Below, piece by piece: positions 31,925-42,064 of a stretch of DNA of 57,815 nt. Within the stretch, counting starts at the first letter, position 1. Each line of letters begins with the position of its first letter. The notes beneath the pieces are model-generated. The model saw nothing but the letters and a program-made list of their open reading frames with translations, was not told the origin of the DNA and did not search any database. Origin of the DNA: Ignavibacteriales bacterium. GTDB taxonomy: Bacteria > Bacteroidota > Ignavibacteria > UBA10030. The position numbers were made by a program, and so were the translations under genes. The stretch covers positions 1-57,815 of the forward strand of contig JBBIII010000003.1 in NCBI GenBank assembly GCA_037446575.1. Direction: 5' to 3'.

Positions 31925-33310
31925 CTATTGAATCTTATTATCATTTTGGATATTAGTATCTTCATTTTGGCTTTGTTTAGATTGTGTTTCTGATTCAGAT
32001 TTATCTTTTATCTCGACTCCATTTTCAATCTCTGCTAATATATCTTCTGTTTCCTCCTCATTTTCCACTTCAGCTTCTTCTAAGCCCTTCTTCAACATTG
32101 TGAGTATTTCATCAATTTTTTCAGGTTCGATGTCCAATGTATTCACAAGTTCTTCTTTTGGCGTTTGAATGATATCACGCACAGATTTATAGTTTTCATC
32201 AAAGAATTTATGGAAAAGCACGTCTCCAAGTTCTTCACGAAATTCAGAGAGTTCCATATCGTATTCTTCTTCTTCCGCTGTTTCTTTTATTACGTTTAAT
32301 TCATATCCAGTCAATTTTGAGGCTAATCGAACATTCTGTCCACCTTTTCCGATGGCTAATGATACTTGATCGTTGGCAACAAGAATTGTTGCTTTTTTAT
32401 TTGCTGTATCAACTTGTATGTTTTTCAATTTTGCAGGGGCAAGTGCTCTTTGAATATAAACTATCGGATCATCAGAATAATTTATTACATCAATATTTTC
32501 ATTATTTAATTCTCTAACAATTGCATGAATTCTAACGCCCTTCATACCGACACATGCACCTACTGCGTCTATCCTTTCGTCATGAGATAATACAGATACT
32601 TTTGCTCTATCCCCTGGCTCGCGAGAAATTCCTTTTATTTCGATTATACCATCATACACTTCTGGTATTTCAATTTCAAAAAGGCGCATAAGAAACGCGG
32701 GATCTGTTCTAGAAATTATCACCATCGGATTACCGGCGCTTTTTCGTACTTCTTTTACAATTGCGCGTATAGTATCTCCCTTTTTATATCTTTCCTTATA
32801 AATCTGTTCGTTCTTTGGCAAAAGAAGTTCGCTTTTGTTGTGCATAACTAAAATTTCACCTTTGCCTTTTCTTATCTGATAAATTTCTCCTACAACAATT
32901 TCCCCAATCGAATTTGTATATTCAGTGTAGGTTGCATCTCGCTCTATTTCCTTGATTCGTTGGTTCAAGTTTTGTTTTGCAGTTATCACTAACCTACGTC
33001 CAAACTCGGATAATGGCACTATCTCGACGAACTCTTCTCCGGGACTTAAATCATCTCCAGATCTCCGTTTTGCTTCTGATACTGATATTTGTGTATTTGG
33101 ATCTTCTACTTTTTCTACTACCTCTTTTTCAAGATAAATTTCAATGTCGCCTTTGTCCATGTTTACAACGACATCATATTTAGCATTTTGGCCATATTTC
33201 TTCTTAACCATCATACCAAAGATATCTTCAACAATGCCAAGGAGCAAATCCTTATCGATGCCTTTCTCTCTTACCATTTGTGCAAAAGATTCAACAATCT
33301 CGTGATTCAT
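31925..33310 (-). CDS. nusA: Transcription termination/antitermination factor NusA
   Basis: 461 aa. S1 plus two KH domains (GACVGMKGVRI, AIGKGGQNVRLASKLTG) and an acidic C-terminal tail. Confidence 0.95.
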   Translation of the reverse strand: MNHEIVESFAQMVREKGIDKDLLLGIVEDIFGMMVKKKYGQNAKYDVVVNMDKGDIEIYLEKEVVEKVEDPNTQISVSEAKRRSGDDLSPGEEFVEIVPLSEFGRRLVITAKQNLNQRIKEIERDATYTEYTNSIGEIVVGEIYQIRKGKGEILVMHNKSELLLPKNEQIYKERYKKGDTIRAIVKEVRKSAGNPMVIISRTDPAFLMRLFEIEIPEVYDGIIEIKGISREPGDRAKVSVLSHDERIDAVGACVGMKGVRIHAIVRELNNENIDVINYSDDPIVYIQRALAPAKLKNIQVDTANKKATILVANDQVSLAIGKGGQNVRLASKLTGYELNVIKETAEEEEYDMELSEFREELGDVLFHKFFDENYKSVRDIIQTPKEELVNTLDIEPEKIDEILTMLKKGLEEAEVENEEETEDILAEIENGVEIKDKSESETQSKQSQNEDTNIQNDNKIQ

Positions 33311-33346
33311 TTTTTCTCCAAACTTAATTTTTTCTTATTGTTCTAA

Positions 33347-33799
33347 TTACCAAGCTAGTTGTTCTATACATTCTAATATTTCATCGTATAGAATTTCATA
33401 TTTCTTATCATTTAAATCGCTAAATATAATTAATTGATTTTCAATTGATATTAAAGTCGCAATTATTTCATTTATTTTTTCGTTTTGTTTATATCTTACT
33501 TTATATTTCCTACCGATATTCTTTTTATATTGTCGCAATAATTTCAACGGCTTTTTTAAACCGGGCGAAGAGACTTGCAAAACATAAGAACCTTCAATGA
33601 TTTGCGATTGTTCAATTATAGTTCCAAGTTTTCTATTAATTTCTGCACATTGATCTAAAGTAATACCATCGTCAGTGTCTATATTGAGTTGAATTGTTTT
33701 TCCTTTTTTTCCGTGTAATATATGCAAATCCACAAGAAAAGCATTTATAGATTCAAGCACAGGAATGGTTAACTCAATAATTTTTTCATTTATATTCAT
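33347..33799 (-). CDS. rimP: Ribosome maturation factor RimP
   Basis: Conserved position upstream of nusA. The start is placed at the ATG at 33799 (MNINEKIIEL...) because the 17-codon extension to 33850 runs through a terminator hairpin. Confidence 0.85.
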   Translation of the reverse strand: MNINEKIIELTIPVLESINAFLVDLHILHGKKGKTIQLNIDTDDGITLDQCAEINRKLGTIIEQSQIIEGSYVLQVSSPGLKKPLKLLRQYKKNIGRKYKVRYKQNEKINEIIATLISIENQLIIFSDLNDKKYEILYDEILECIEQLAW

Positions 33800-33812
33800 A
33801 ATTATTTTTGTT

Positions 33813-33845
33813 TCAAAAAAAATAGCCCGGTTACTTCGGGCTATT
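33813..33845 (-). terminator. Rho-independent terminator downstream of the LOG-family gene
   Basis: Minus strand reads AATAGCCCG-aagtaac-CGGGCTATT followed by TTTTTTT. It is a GC-rich 9-bp stem in an AT-rich background. Confidence 0.75.
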
Positions 33846-33911
33846 ATCAAAATCTATAATTAATATAAATAATGCCTAATGAATATGCAAGAATATTATT
33901 TGCTGTAAAAG

Positions 33912-34640
33912 TTAAAAATTCTTATAAATAACATTCTTTTTATAAAACTCTTCTATTTTATTTGCCGCCTCCACTGGGTCGTCGGTAAGGTGAAATATAT
34001 CAAGGTCGTTTTCGGATATCATGGACTGTTGTTTTAACGTCGAGTTCAACCAATCTACCAACCCTTGCCAATATTCTTTTCCTATAAGAACAATAGGGAA
34101 CGGATGTGTTTTCTTTGTTTGAACTAAAGTAATAGCTTCAAATAATTCATCTAAGGTTCCAAAACCGCCAGGCATTACGACAAAACCATGGGCATATTTT
34201 ACGAACATTACTTTTCGGACAAAAAAATGTTTAAATGTTTGTAGGCGACCTTTATCAATGTATTTATTAGCACTCTCTTCAAAAGGTAAATCGATTGCGA
34301 CACCTACAGAATTTCCTTTTTGTTCTTGCGCTCCCTTATTTGCCGCTTCCATAATACCGGGTCCGCCACCTGTTAAAATATTAAAACCTCTTTTTACAAG
34401 TTCTTTAGCTACTTCAACAGCAAGTTTATAATAAGGCGAATCTGATTTTAGGCGTGCAGATCCAAATATAGAGACTAAATTTTTTTGCTTGGACATCAAT
34501 GAAAATCCCTCTACAAATTCAGCCATAATTCGGAACACTCGCCATATATCTTCTTGAGCCGATAAAATTCCTTTTAACTGCTGATCTTGAACGGCGTCAT
34601 AACCAGTTCGCAAATAATTATTATTAGTTTGATTATCCAT
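33912..34640 (-). CDS. LOG-family (TIGR00730) Rossmann-fold nucleotide-binding protein
   Basis: 242 aa. IFGSARL, GGGPGIMEAANKGA and PGGFGTLDELFEAITLVQT. Confidence 0.9.
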   Translation of the reverse strand: MDNQTNNNYLRTGYDAVQDQQLKGILSAQEDIWRVFRIMAEFVEGFSLMSKQKNLVSIFGSARLKSDSPYYKLAVEVAKELVKRGFNILTGGGPGIMEAANKGAQEQKGNSVGVAIDLPFEESANKYIDKGRLQTFKHFFVRKVMFVKYAHGFVVMPGGFGTLDELFEAITLVQTKKTHPFPIVLIGKEYWQGLVDWLNSTLKQQSMISENDLDIFHLTDDPVEAANKIEEFYKKNVIYKNF

Positions 34641-34658
34641 AAGTTTATTCCTTCCCTT

Positions 34659-35687
34659 TTATTTTACCAGAACTTTTTTAACCATATTTGCAGCTTCTAA
34701 TACTTCTTCTAAAGTTACGTTAAAATGAGTTACTGCTCTGATATGTATATTACTCATTTCTGAAAGAAGGGCACCTTTTTCTTTAAGCTCGCTTAGTATT
34801 AAGCCAACATTTTTAGATGACTTACTTACATCAATTATTACTATATTCGTCTGCACAGATTTATTATCAATGACAACATTTTTTAAATCATATAATTCTT
34901 CAGCAAATATTTTTGCCTTTAAATGGTCTTCTTTAAGCCGAGAAAAATTATTTTGAACAGCATATAAAGCTCCGGCGGCTAAAATACCAGCTTGCCTCAT
35001 CCCGCCTCCAAATATTTTTCTATATACGCGAGCTTTTTCAATTAACTTTTTGCTTCCAAGTATTGCCGAGCCAACAGGGGCACATAATCCTTTTGAAAAA
35101 CATACTGACACTGTATCGAAATATGACGCGTATTCTTTCAATGTAATTCCAGTCTCAACTGAAGCATTCCATATTCGTGCACCATCCAAATGAAGCGCAA
35201 TATTTTTAGTCTTTGCCAACGCGTTTATTTCTTTTATTTCTTCAATCGGATAAATTATTCCGCCCGCTTTGTTGTGTGTGTTTTCAAGGCATATTAGAGT
35301 ATTTTGAGGGTTATAATAAACTCTTGATCTTAATTCTTTTTCAATCTGCTTTGCAGTTAAAATTCCATTAAACCCTTTTATAGTATTTAATTGGACATTA
35401 GAAAGAAAAGAAGCTCCGGCTGTTTCATAATTAAATATATGAGAATCTCGTTCTACAATTATTTCATCTCCAGGTTGAGTATGTAATTTTATTGAAATTT
35501 GATTTGCCATAACGCCAGATGGAACAAAGAGAGCCGCTTCTTTACCAAACAATTCCGCTATAAAATCTTGAAGTTTATTAACAGTCGGGTCTTCTCCATA
35601 AACATCATCACCAACCTCAGCATTCATCATTGCATTTAGCATTTCTTTGGATGGCTTTGTTACTGTATCACTTCTTAAATCTATCAT
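34659..35687 (-). CDS. ltaE: Low-specificity L-threonine aldolase
   Basis: 342 aa. [12 protein letters not shown] and [11 protein letters not shown] (PLP Lys). Confidence 0.9.
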   Translation of the reverse strand: MIDLRSDTVTKPSKEMLNAMMNAEVGDDVYGEDPTVNKLQDFIAELFGKEAALFVPSGVMANQISIKLHTQPGDEIIVERDSHIFNYETAGASFLSNVQLNTIKGFNGILTAKQIEKELRSRVYYNPQNTLICLENTHNKAGGIIYPIEEIKEINALAKTKNIALHLDGARIWNASVETGITLKEYASYFDTVSVCFSKGLCAPVGSAILGSKKLIEKARVYRKIFGGGMRQAGILAAGALYAVQNNFSRLKEDHLKAKIFAEELYDLKNVVIDNKSVQTNIVIIDVSKSSKNVGLILSELKEKGALLSEMSNIHIRAVTHFNVTLEEVLEAANMVKKVLVK

Positions 35688-37354
35688 TTAATTTTCCGAC
35701 TTTCTTTAGTCATAATATTTAGAATTATAGAGAATATAAGTATAACGACTGAAATAGATATAATTATTTTTGCAAATAAATCACCATATTTTACATAAAA
35801 AGTTTTTTTTGTTTCTCTTTCGATTGTTGTCACAAATTTAGTTTTTTCAAATAGATTTGTTTTATAACTTATTTTTCCGGTTGGATCGGCTATCAAGGAA
35901 ATTCCTCCATTTGCGCATTGGATAACCCAACGCCTTGTCTCAACTGCTCTTATTGAAGCAAATGAAGCATGTTGATATGCACCCGATGTATTGCCCCACC
36001 AGCTATCATTTGTTACTATTATCAAAAATTCTGCGCCTTTTTTCACAAACGAACGAACATAATCAGGAAATACTGACTCGTAGCAAATCATACCTGAATA
36101 TTTTATTTCTTCATCTTGTTTCTTTATGCAATAAACAATAGTATCGTTTCCTTTTCCCCAACTGGAAATGCCAACATTCCATTTTAAAGGTTCTATTAAG
36201 AATTTAAATGTTTCAGCATAAGGTATTCTTTCTGCAAAAGGCACAAGAATAGTTTTTTTGTGAATAGGTCCAATTGTTTTGTTTAAATCGAAAAGTATTG
36301 TTGAATTATACGTCTCAACAAATGCATCTGTTTCTCCAATTTGTTTTGCCGTTGCCGGAGCGTTCGATGAATTAAAGTATTCTACTGTAGGAAGCCCTGT
36401 AAAAATAGGCGTTTTTATTTCATCAACTAAATTCAGAATTTCATTTAAATATTTTGAATACATAGGTTGAAGTATATAAAATGGTATTGCCGTTTCAGGC
36501 CAAATAATTAAATCAGTTTTTTCTTTTGAGATTTCTTTTGTCTCTTCGATATATGTTTTATACTGTGAATAATAAGATTCCCATTTATCGATATAACTGC
36601 CACCCCACTTTTCCCAAGGGTCAAAATTGGGTTGTATGATTCCTATTTTAAATGGCTTATCAATTATCTGTGAATTTTGTAAAATTTTATAATAGCCATA
36701 AAATAGTGGCAAAAAATAAAATAAGCAGTATAGCGTTATAGGAATTAAGATAACCTTTGAGAAAACTTTTTTATTGCCAACCGATAGTTGCCATAATACG
36801 AGGAAGGCGATTATATTTAATACAAATATTAATAAACTAATGCCATAAACTGAGGTATATTCAGATATCTGTATTCGATAAATATCGTATGCTTGACTGT
36901 TGCCAATAGTAAACCAAGGGAATGAATATTCTCCTAATGAATGAATATATTCAAACGACACCCAAAACAATGCGAATGAAATTAACCCAAACAAAATGCC
37001 CATTTTTTGTTTTACGTAAAATGATAAAAGTATAAATGGTAAGAAGAAAAAAGGATGAATCAATAAAAATGCAGCACCTGCTATCATCATCCATATATCT
37101 TTGCCAACAATAAAGCCACCTATCCAATATGCAGTTACCAAATGAAAAACAAACAAGAAAATATAACTATAGAATGATAAACGCCAATAAGAATCTAATT
37201 GAACAAAAAGAAAGAAGAAGGGAATGAATGCAACATAAGCAAGCGTGTAAAATGGTGAGGGGGGAAATGACAACCCGAGTAAAATCCCGGATAATATCGC
37301 TATGCTTACAGAGTAATATTTATGCTTTACAAAGAAATTATTTTTTTGATTCAT
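35684..37354 (-). CDS. lnt: Apolipoprotein N-acyltransferase
   Basis: 556 aa. Multi-TM N-terminal half and a C-terminal C-N hydrolase domain (IIWPETA, MICYES), plus a terminal TM helix. Confidence 0.9.
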   Translation of the reverse strand: MNQKNNFFVKHKYYSVSIAILSGILLGLSFPPSPFYTLAYVAFIPFFFLFVQLDSYWRLSFYSYIFLFVFHLVTAYWIGGFIVGKDIWMMIAGAAFLLIHPFFFLPFILLSFYVKQKMGILFGLISFALFWVSFEYIHSLGEYSFPWFTIGNSQAYDIYRIQISEYTSVYGISLLIFVLNIIAFLVLWQLSVGNKKVFSKVILIPITLYCLFYFLPLFYGYYKILQNSQIIDKPFKIGIIQPNFDPWEKWGGSYIDKWESYYSQYKTYIEETKEISKEKTDLIIWPETAIPFYILQPMYSKYLNEILNLVDEIKTPIFTGLPTVEYFNSSNAPATAKQIGETDAFVETYNSTILFDLNKTIGPIHKKTILVPFAERIPYAETFKFLIEPLKWNVGISSWGKGNDTIVYCIKKQDEEIKYSGMICYESVFPDYVRSFVKKGAEFLIIVTNDSWWGNTSGAYQHASFASIRAVETRRWVIQCANGGISLIADPTGKISYKTNLFEKTKFVTTIERETKKTFYVKYGDLFAKIIISISVVILIFSIILNIMTKESRKIK

Positions 37355-37935
37355 CTGAAACTACGCTTAACTGCAAAATATTTATACCATATTCTTTCTA
37401 AAAACAAAAACAATATAATTAATGCGCTTGCAAATATTGCTCCAATAATACTGCCACTTATTACATCAAATGGATAATGAACGCCTACATATACTCTTGA
37501 AAAAGCGACTAATAAGGCATAACCTATGAACCACCATTTTAGTTTTGGAAAAAAGTACGCGATTAGAAAAGCTCCGGCAAAATTATTTACTGCATGAGAA
37601 GAGGGAAAAGAATAACCACTTCCACAACCGACTAATAAATTGACACCGTGCAGAACATGGCAAGGCCTTAAACGTTCAAACCAATGTTTTATTACGAAGC
37701 TATTTACTTGGTCTGTAATTGTAATCAAGATTATTAATAAAATTAACGACAGACGTATTACTTTATTCCCTTTCCACATCATCCAAATTAAAAATAAAAC
37801 TACTGCTATAAGAACTATCGGCTGTTTGTTTAAATCTGTTAAAATAGGCATTATAAAATCTAATATCGGATTTGATAATGTAGAATTGATGAATCTGAAA
37901 ATCGCAATATCGATATTATTTAGTAATTCAACCAT
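37351..37935 (-). CDS. PAP2-family lipid phosphate phosphatase
   Basis: 194 aa membrane protein. KxxxxxxRP-like ERLRP, SFPSSH and SRVYVGVHYPFDV. Confidence 0.85.
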   Translation of the reverse strand: MVELLNNIDIAIFRFINSTLSNPILDFIMPILTDLNKQPIVLIAVVLFLIWMMWKGNKVIRLSLILLIILITITDQVNSFVIKHWFERLRPCHVLHGVNLLVGCGSGYSFPSSHAVNNFAGAFLIAYFFPKLKWWFIGYALLVAFSRVYVGVHYPFDVISGSIIGAIFASALIILFLFLERIWYKYFAVKRSFR

Positions 37936-37973
37936 TGAGGTGTAAATTATGATTCAATATTTTTGAGATCTTT

Positions 37974-38582
37974 CTAACTTTTCCTACCGTTTTTTCGATA
38001 ATAATTGATAACAATAATAAGAACAACAACAATAGCCGAGATAATAGTAACAACTTTCCAATATGTGTCGAGATAATTCTTAATAACGTGCCAGTTAGCA
38101 CCTAGTGTATTTCCACCGATCAATAAAATAGTATTCCATAACAAGGAACTTATGCATGCTAATAGTGATGTTTTCCAAAAAGAAAGATTTGAAACGCCAG
38201 TGAAAAAAGAAATTACAGCTCGTGTACCTGCAAGGAATCTATTAATAACAACAACAAAATATCCATATTTTTGGAACCATCGTTCCACATTATGAATTTT
38301 ATCTAACTGAAGAAATTTAAATCGATTAGTCTCAATTACTTTAAGACCAAACCAAGCCCCAATTTTATACATGGTCATAAAACCAGCCGTACTACCAAAA
38401 GTTGCGATTATGAGAACAAAATAAAGATCTACTCTTCCAATAGCGCTCAATGAACCCGCTATAATTAATACAATGTCACTAGGAAAAGGGGGAAAGATGT
38501 TTTCAATATATGCTATAATAAACACGGTAAAATAAACCCAAATAGGATTCAGTTGCATCAAATTATTAATAATTTCTTCCAT
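37974..38582 (-). CDS. DedA-family membrane protein
   Basis: 202 aa. IENIFPPFPSD and RFLAGTRAVISFFTG, typical of DedA/SNARE-associated proteins. Confidence 0.85.
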   Translation of the reverse strand: MEEIINNLMQLNPIWVYFTVFIIAYIENIFPPFPSDIVLIIAGSLSAIGRVDLYFVLIIATFGSTAGFMTMYKIGAWFGLKVIETNRFKFLQLDKIHNVERWFQKYGYFVVVINRFLAGTRAVISFFTGVSNLSFWKTSLLACISSLLWNTILLIGGNTLGANWHVIKNYLDTYWKVVTIISAIVVVLIIVINYYRKNGRKS

Positions 38583-38583
38583 C

Positions 38584-39120
38584 TTATATTCCTTTAAGAT
38601 TTATTAATGAAGCGATAGCTATAGCGGCGCAACCTTCTTCCCTGCCTAAAGCGCCAATGGATTCATTGGTAGTTGCTTTTATCGAAATACATAGTGGTGA
38701 TATTTTAAGCGCCTGCGCAATTTTATTTTGCATTACTTTAGTGTATTTGCCAATTTTGGGTCGTTCTAAAATAACAGTTGAGTCTATATTCCCTATTTTA
38801 AATCCATTTTCGTTGATGAGCGAATTTATTTTTTTTAGCAACAATATACTTGAAATATTTTTATACCTCATATCTGTATTCGGAAAATGTTTTCCAATAT
38901 CACCTAAAGATGCTGCGCCAAGAAGTGAATCACAAATTGCATGAAGTAATACATCTGCATCAGAATGGCCTATAAGACCTTTGTTTGAAGGGATGTGAAC
39001 ACCTCCTAAGATCAATTTTCTTCCTGCTATTAAACGGTGGATATCATAACCCAATCCAAATCTGATTAATGAATTACTATCAACTATGTGCAATGTTTTC
39101 TTTTTATTTGATATTTTCAT
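38584..39120 (-). CDS. ispF: 2-C-methyl-D-erythritol 2,4-cyclodiphosphate synthase
   Basis: 178 aa. GLGYDIHRL, GHSDADVLLHA and ATTNE, with an N-terminal extension of about 20 aa. Confidence 0.93.
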   Translation of the reverse strand: MKISNKKKTLHIVDSNSLIRFGLGYDIHRLIAGRKLILGGVHIPSNKGLIGHSDADVLLHAICDSLLGAASLGDIGKHFPNTDMRYKNISSILLLKKINSLINENGFKIGNIDSTVILERPKIGKYTKVMQNKIAQALKISPLCISIKATTNESIGALGREEGCAAIAIASLINLKGI

Positions 39121-39395
39121 CTTATTATAAACGAATTAAATTCACCTTTGCTTTTTAACCAATCAATTTTCATGTCTATTACATTGGCTGAGCGTGGTCC
39201 GACTTTAACTAATTTAATCAATTCCTCAATAAGCGAACGATCGCCTTCAACTTCTATTTCAACATCACCTTTGAAAGTATTACGCACATACCCATTAAGT
39301 TTTAATTCTTTCGCTTTGTAGTAGACAAAGTATCTGAACCCTACACCTTGTACTAGACCGCTTACAATAATATGGGCTTTTATATCCATTACCAA
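39117..39395 (-). CDS. acyP: Acylphosphatase
   Basis: 92 aa. VSGLVQGVGFR and NGYVRN. ATGA overlap with ispF. Confidence 0.9.
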   Translation of the reverse strand: MVMDIKAHIIVSGLVQGVGFRYFVYYKAKELKLNGYVRNTFKGDVEIEVEGDRSLIEELIKLVKVGPRSANVIDMKIDWLKSKGEFNSFIIR

Positions 39396-39471
39396 GTAAA
39401 TTAATAGGTACTTATATGAAATGCAAAATGGTATTCAAATGGGGTAATCTATTACCGAATTTCTTTATATG

Positions 39472-39555
39472 TGCCCGGTGCGAGACTTGAACTCGCATGC
39501 CCTTTCGGGCGCCACCCCCTCAAGATGGTGTGTCTGCCAGTTCCACCAACCGGGC
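39472..39555 (-). tRNA. tRNA-Leu (anticodon GAG), class II with long variable arm
   Basis: Minus strand GCCCGGT...CCATC-TTGAGGG-GGTGG...GCGAG-TTCAAGT-CTCGC-ACCGGGC-A. The cloverleaf was folded by hand. CCA is not encoded. Confidence 0.9.
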
Positions 39556-39559
39556 TAAG

Positions 39560-39631
39560 TGAGCGTGGGTGGGCTCGAACCACCGACCCTCTGCTTAAAA
39601 GGCAGATGCTCTACCCCTGAGCTACACGCTC
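39560..39631 (-). tRNA. tRNA-Lys (anticodon UUU)
   Basis: Minus strand GAGCGTG-TA-GCTC...TCTGC-CTTTTAA-GCAGA...GGTGG-TTCGAGC-CCACC-CACGCTC-A. Confidence 0.9.
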
Positions 39632-39680
39632 AAAAAATTAAGACACTTTTAATCAGTGAAAATCAATTTTTCTTATTTTT

Positions 39681-39709
39681 ATTATACGAAAAAAAGAACC
39701 TATTTTCAA
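39681..39709 (-). promoter_or_regulatory. Candidate sigma70 consensus promoter for the tRNA-Lys/tRNA-Leu pair
   Basis: Minus strand reads TTGAAA - 17 nt - TATAAT, about 49 nt upstream of the tRNA-Lys 5' end. The -35 element overlaps the stop of the upstream small gene. Confidence 0.5.
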
Positions 39710-39996
39710 TCTGAATTTTTTTTCTGCAATTCGCTTGATTGCATTTCCGAACTTGCGTCTGTTTTTTTTCTGAACAAAATTCCTATAGGAATAATTACGC
39801 AATATCCTAAGACCAATAAAATTGGGGCTACAACAAGCGGCAAAGTTCCATCCCAAGGTTCTTGTGCCAATGCGATATAACCCAATATTATTAGAAATAT
39901 TCCGGCGCCAAGAATTTGGTAATTCGTTTTTGTGAAAGGAAGAATATTTGATAAGACTTTTTGTTTCTTCTGAATTTGTTTTTCTATTTTAGCCAT
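39706..39996 (-). CDS. Small two-TM membrane protein (DUF3098-like)
   Basis: Start placed at MAKIEKQIQKK (39996). The longer ORF to 40068 runs through a GC-rich hairpin. Two hydrophobic helices (NYQILGAGIFLIILGYIAL, LVVAPILLVLGYCVIIPIGILF). Confidence 0.6.
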   Translation of the reverse strand: MAKIEKQIQKKQKVLSNILPFTKTNYQILGAGIFLIILGYIALAQEPWDGTLPLVVAPILLVLGYCVIIPIGILFRKKTDASSEMQSSELQKKNSD

Positions 39997-40012
39997 AAAT
40001 ACTCCATTAAAA

Positions 40013-40050
40013 TTTAATAAAAAGCCCGACGTAAGGGGGCAACGCCGGGC
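40013..40050 (-). terminator. Possible rho-independent terminator or attenuator after lolD
   Basis: Minus strand reads GCCCGGCG-ttgccccctta-CGTCGGGC (one mismatch) followed by TTTTTATTAAATTTT. A second, weaker inverted repeat (CAATGAT...ATCATTG) lies just upstream, at about 40067..40090. Confidence 0.4.
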
Positions 40051-40145
40051 GCGACCAATAAAAAGCAATGATCAGGGGAATAATCATTGCAAAGGCCAGC
40101 ACATAATTTATTGCATTTCTTTTCAATGTCAAGTCCTCTGTAAAA

Positions 40146-40847
40146 CTAATGTCGCGAAATAACGACTTTTCCTTCGGTAAGTTTTAATACACGCGAAGCT
40201 CGTCGTGTTAAATCGTAATTATGAGTTGCAATTACAAATGTTATTCCAAATTCTTCACATAGATGTACAAGCAACCGATGTAAAATCAATCCGTTTTCTT
40301 CATCAAGATTTCCCGATGGCTCATCTGCCAAAATTAGCTGTGGATTGTTCATAAGCGCCCTTGCTACTGCAACGCGTTGCTGTTCCCCACCAGATAATTC
40401 ATTTGGTTTATGCTTTAATCTATCTTTCAAACCAACTTGTTCTAATATTAATATTGCTCGTGATTCGATTTCTTTATTTTTTTTCCCAGCTATTAAAGCT
40501 GGCATACTAACATTTTCAAAAACGGAAAATTCTGGCAAAAGATGATGAAATTGAAAAATAAATCCCATAGTGCGATTTCGAAACTCAGCTAATTTATCAT
40601 CCGAAAATTTAAAAATATCTTGTTCTCCTAACTTAACCCTTCCATTAGTTGGACGATCAAGCCCCCCTAAAATATGCAACAATGTGCTTTTACCTGAACC
40701 TGAAGGTCCTATAATAACAACAAATTCTCCACGTCGTATTTCAATATCCAATCCTTTTAAAACCTGCAGGGAAAGATTTTTTCCCATTGGATATTCTTTC
40801 CATATATTTTCGCCAATTAATAAGGTTGATCTTCTTGTCATTCCCAT
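40146..40847 (-). CDS. lolD: Lipoprotein-releasing ABC transporter ATP-binding protein LolD
   Basis: 233 aa. Walker A GPSGSGKST, signature LSGGEQQR and Walker B LILADEP. Confidence 0.9.
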   Translation of the reverse strand: MGMTRRSTLLIGENIWKEYPMGKNLSLQVLKGLDIEIRRGEFVVIIGPSGSGKSTLLHILGGLDRPTNGRVKLGEQDIFKFSDDKLAEFRNRTMGFIFQFHHLLPEFSVFENVSMPALIAGKKNKEIESRAILILEQVGLKDRLKHKPNELSGGEQQRVAVARALMNNPQLILADEPSGNLDEENGLILHRLLVHLCEEFGITFVIATHNYDLTRRASRVLKLTEGKVVISRH

Positions 40848-42064
40848 TGTATTGCTTTCACTGGTTCTAGTTTAGCGGCTCTTTTTGATGGAAGTATGGA
40901 TGCTGTTGAACATAGCCCGATTGCCGCAACAGCAATAATTAATATATCGAATAAATGCAATTCTACAGGCATAGCCGGAATAATATAAACCGTAGTATCT
41001 AAAGCAACAAGATGATATTTATCCTGCAAATATACAATCAATATCCCAAGTATTGTCCCCATTAATGTTCCAATAATTCCTACAAATAATCCTTGAATTC
41101 TAAATATTTTTTGAATGCTTTTATCCGTTGAACCCATAGATTTTAGAATTCCTACATCTCGTTTTTTTTCTATTACGATCATAGTTAAGGAACTTAACAA
41201 ATTGAATGACGCAACTGCAATTATCAACGATAAAACAATATATGCGCCCCATTTTTCAATTTGCATTATTGAATACAATTCTTTATGTAAATCGTACCAA
41301 GTAAGATAACGAAATGTGTTGCCATACTTTTTAATAAGAGTTTCTTTAAGTAAATCAGTTTCATTTAATTGAACGCATCGAATATCAATTCCATCTATCT
41401 TATTAAATTTGCCGAATAACGATTGGGCGCTTTTTAAATTTGTAAATGCGTAATAGCCGTCGTATTCCTTATTATTCGACTCATAAATTCCTACTATTTT
41501 ATAACGTCGAATAAGGGGAAGTCCATGCTGCATAATAGATACTTCTGCCGCAGAGGGACTAACTATTGAAATTGTATCGCCTACAACCACGCCTAACCTA
41601 TCTGCCAATATCAATCCGATTACAATAGTATTTTTATTTGTTTCGTTTAAATCGATTGAACCCAATACAATTTTTTCCTTTAATCCTGAAACAGCAGGAA
41701 TTTTTTCTGGCACGAGTCCTCGAATATTTACTACTCTATTCATATTTTTCGATACAATTAACGCTTTACCGCCTACGAACGGTGAATAATCTTTTACAAA
41801 TTTATTTTCTTTTAAGGTTTCTAATAATTGGGAGTAATAAATGGAATCTTTCTGAAATATGTTTTCAACTCGCAAATGCGGATCGAAATTAATTAATATT
41901 GAAGATACAAGACTACCAAAACCGTTAAAAACCGACAAAACGATTATTAACGCAGCGACCCCGATTGTAACCCCTATAATTGAAATAGCCGATATAATGG
42001 AAACAAACTTCAAGCTTTTTTTACTTAATAAATATCTAAGCGCTATGTATTGTTCATATTTCAT
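40838..42064 (-). CDS. LolC/LolE-family lipoprotein-release permease (FtsX-like)
   Basis: 408 aa. N-terminal TM, large periplasmic domain and a C-terminal FtsX-type 3-TM bundle. 10-nt overlap with lolD. Confidence 0.9.
   Translation of the reverse strand: MKYEQYIALRYLLSKKSLKFVSIISAISIIGVTIGVAALIIVLSVFNGFGSLVSSILINFDPHLRVENIFQKDSIYYSQLLETLKENKFVKDYSPFVGGKALIVSKNMNRVVNIRGLVPEKIPAVSGLKEKIVLGSIDLNETNKNTIVIGLILADRLGVVVGDTISIVSPSAAEVSIMQHGLPLIRRYKIVGIYESNNKEYDGYYAFTNLKSAQSLFGKFNKIDGIDIRCVQLNETDLLKETLIKKYGNTFRYLTWYDLHKELYSIMQIEKWGAYIVLSLIIAVASFNLLSSLTMIVIEKKRDVGILKSMGSTDKSIQKIFRIQGLFVGIIGTLMGTILGILIVYLQDKYHLVALDTTVYIIPAMPVELHLFDILIIAVAAIGLCSTASILPSKRAAKLEPVKAIQWE

Noticed and set aside
39653-39880. 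67-aa (-) and 74-aa (+) ORFs overlapping the small membrane-protein gene
   Set aside because: They overlap the better-supported two-TM ORF and the tRNA promoter region. No motifs are present.
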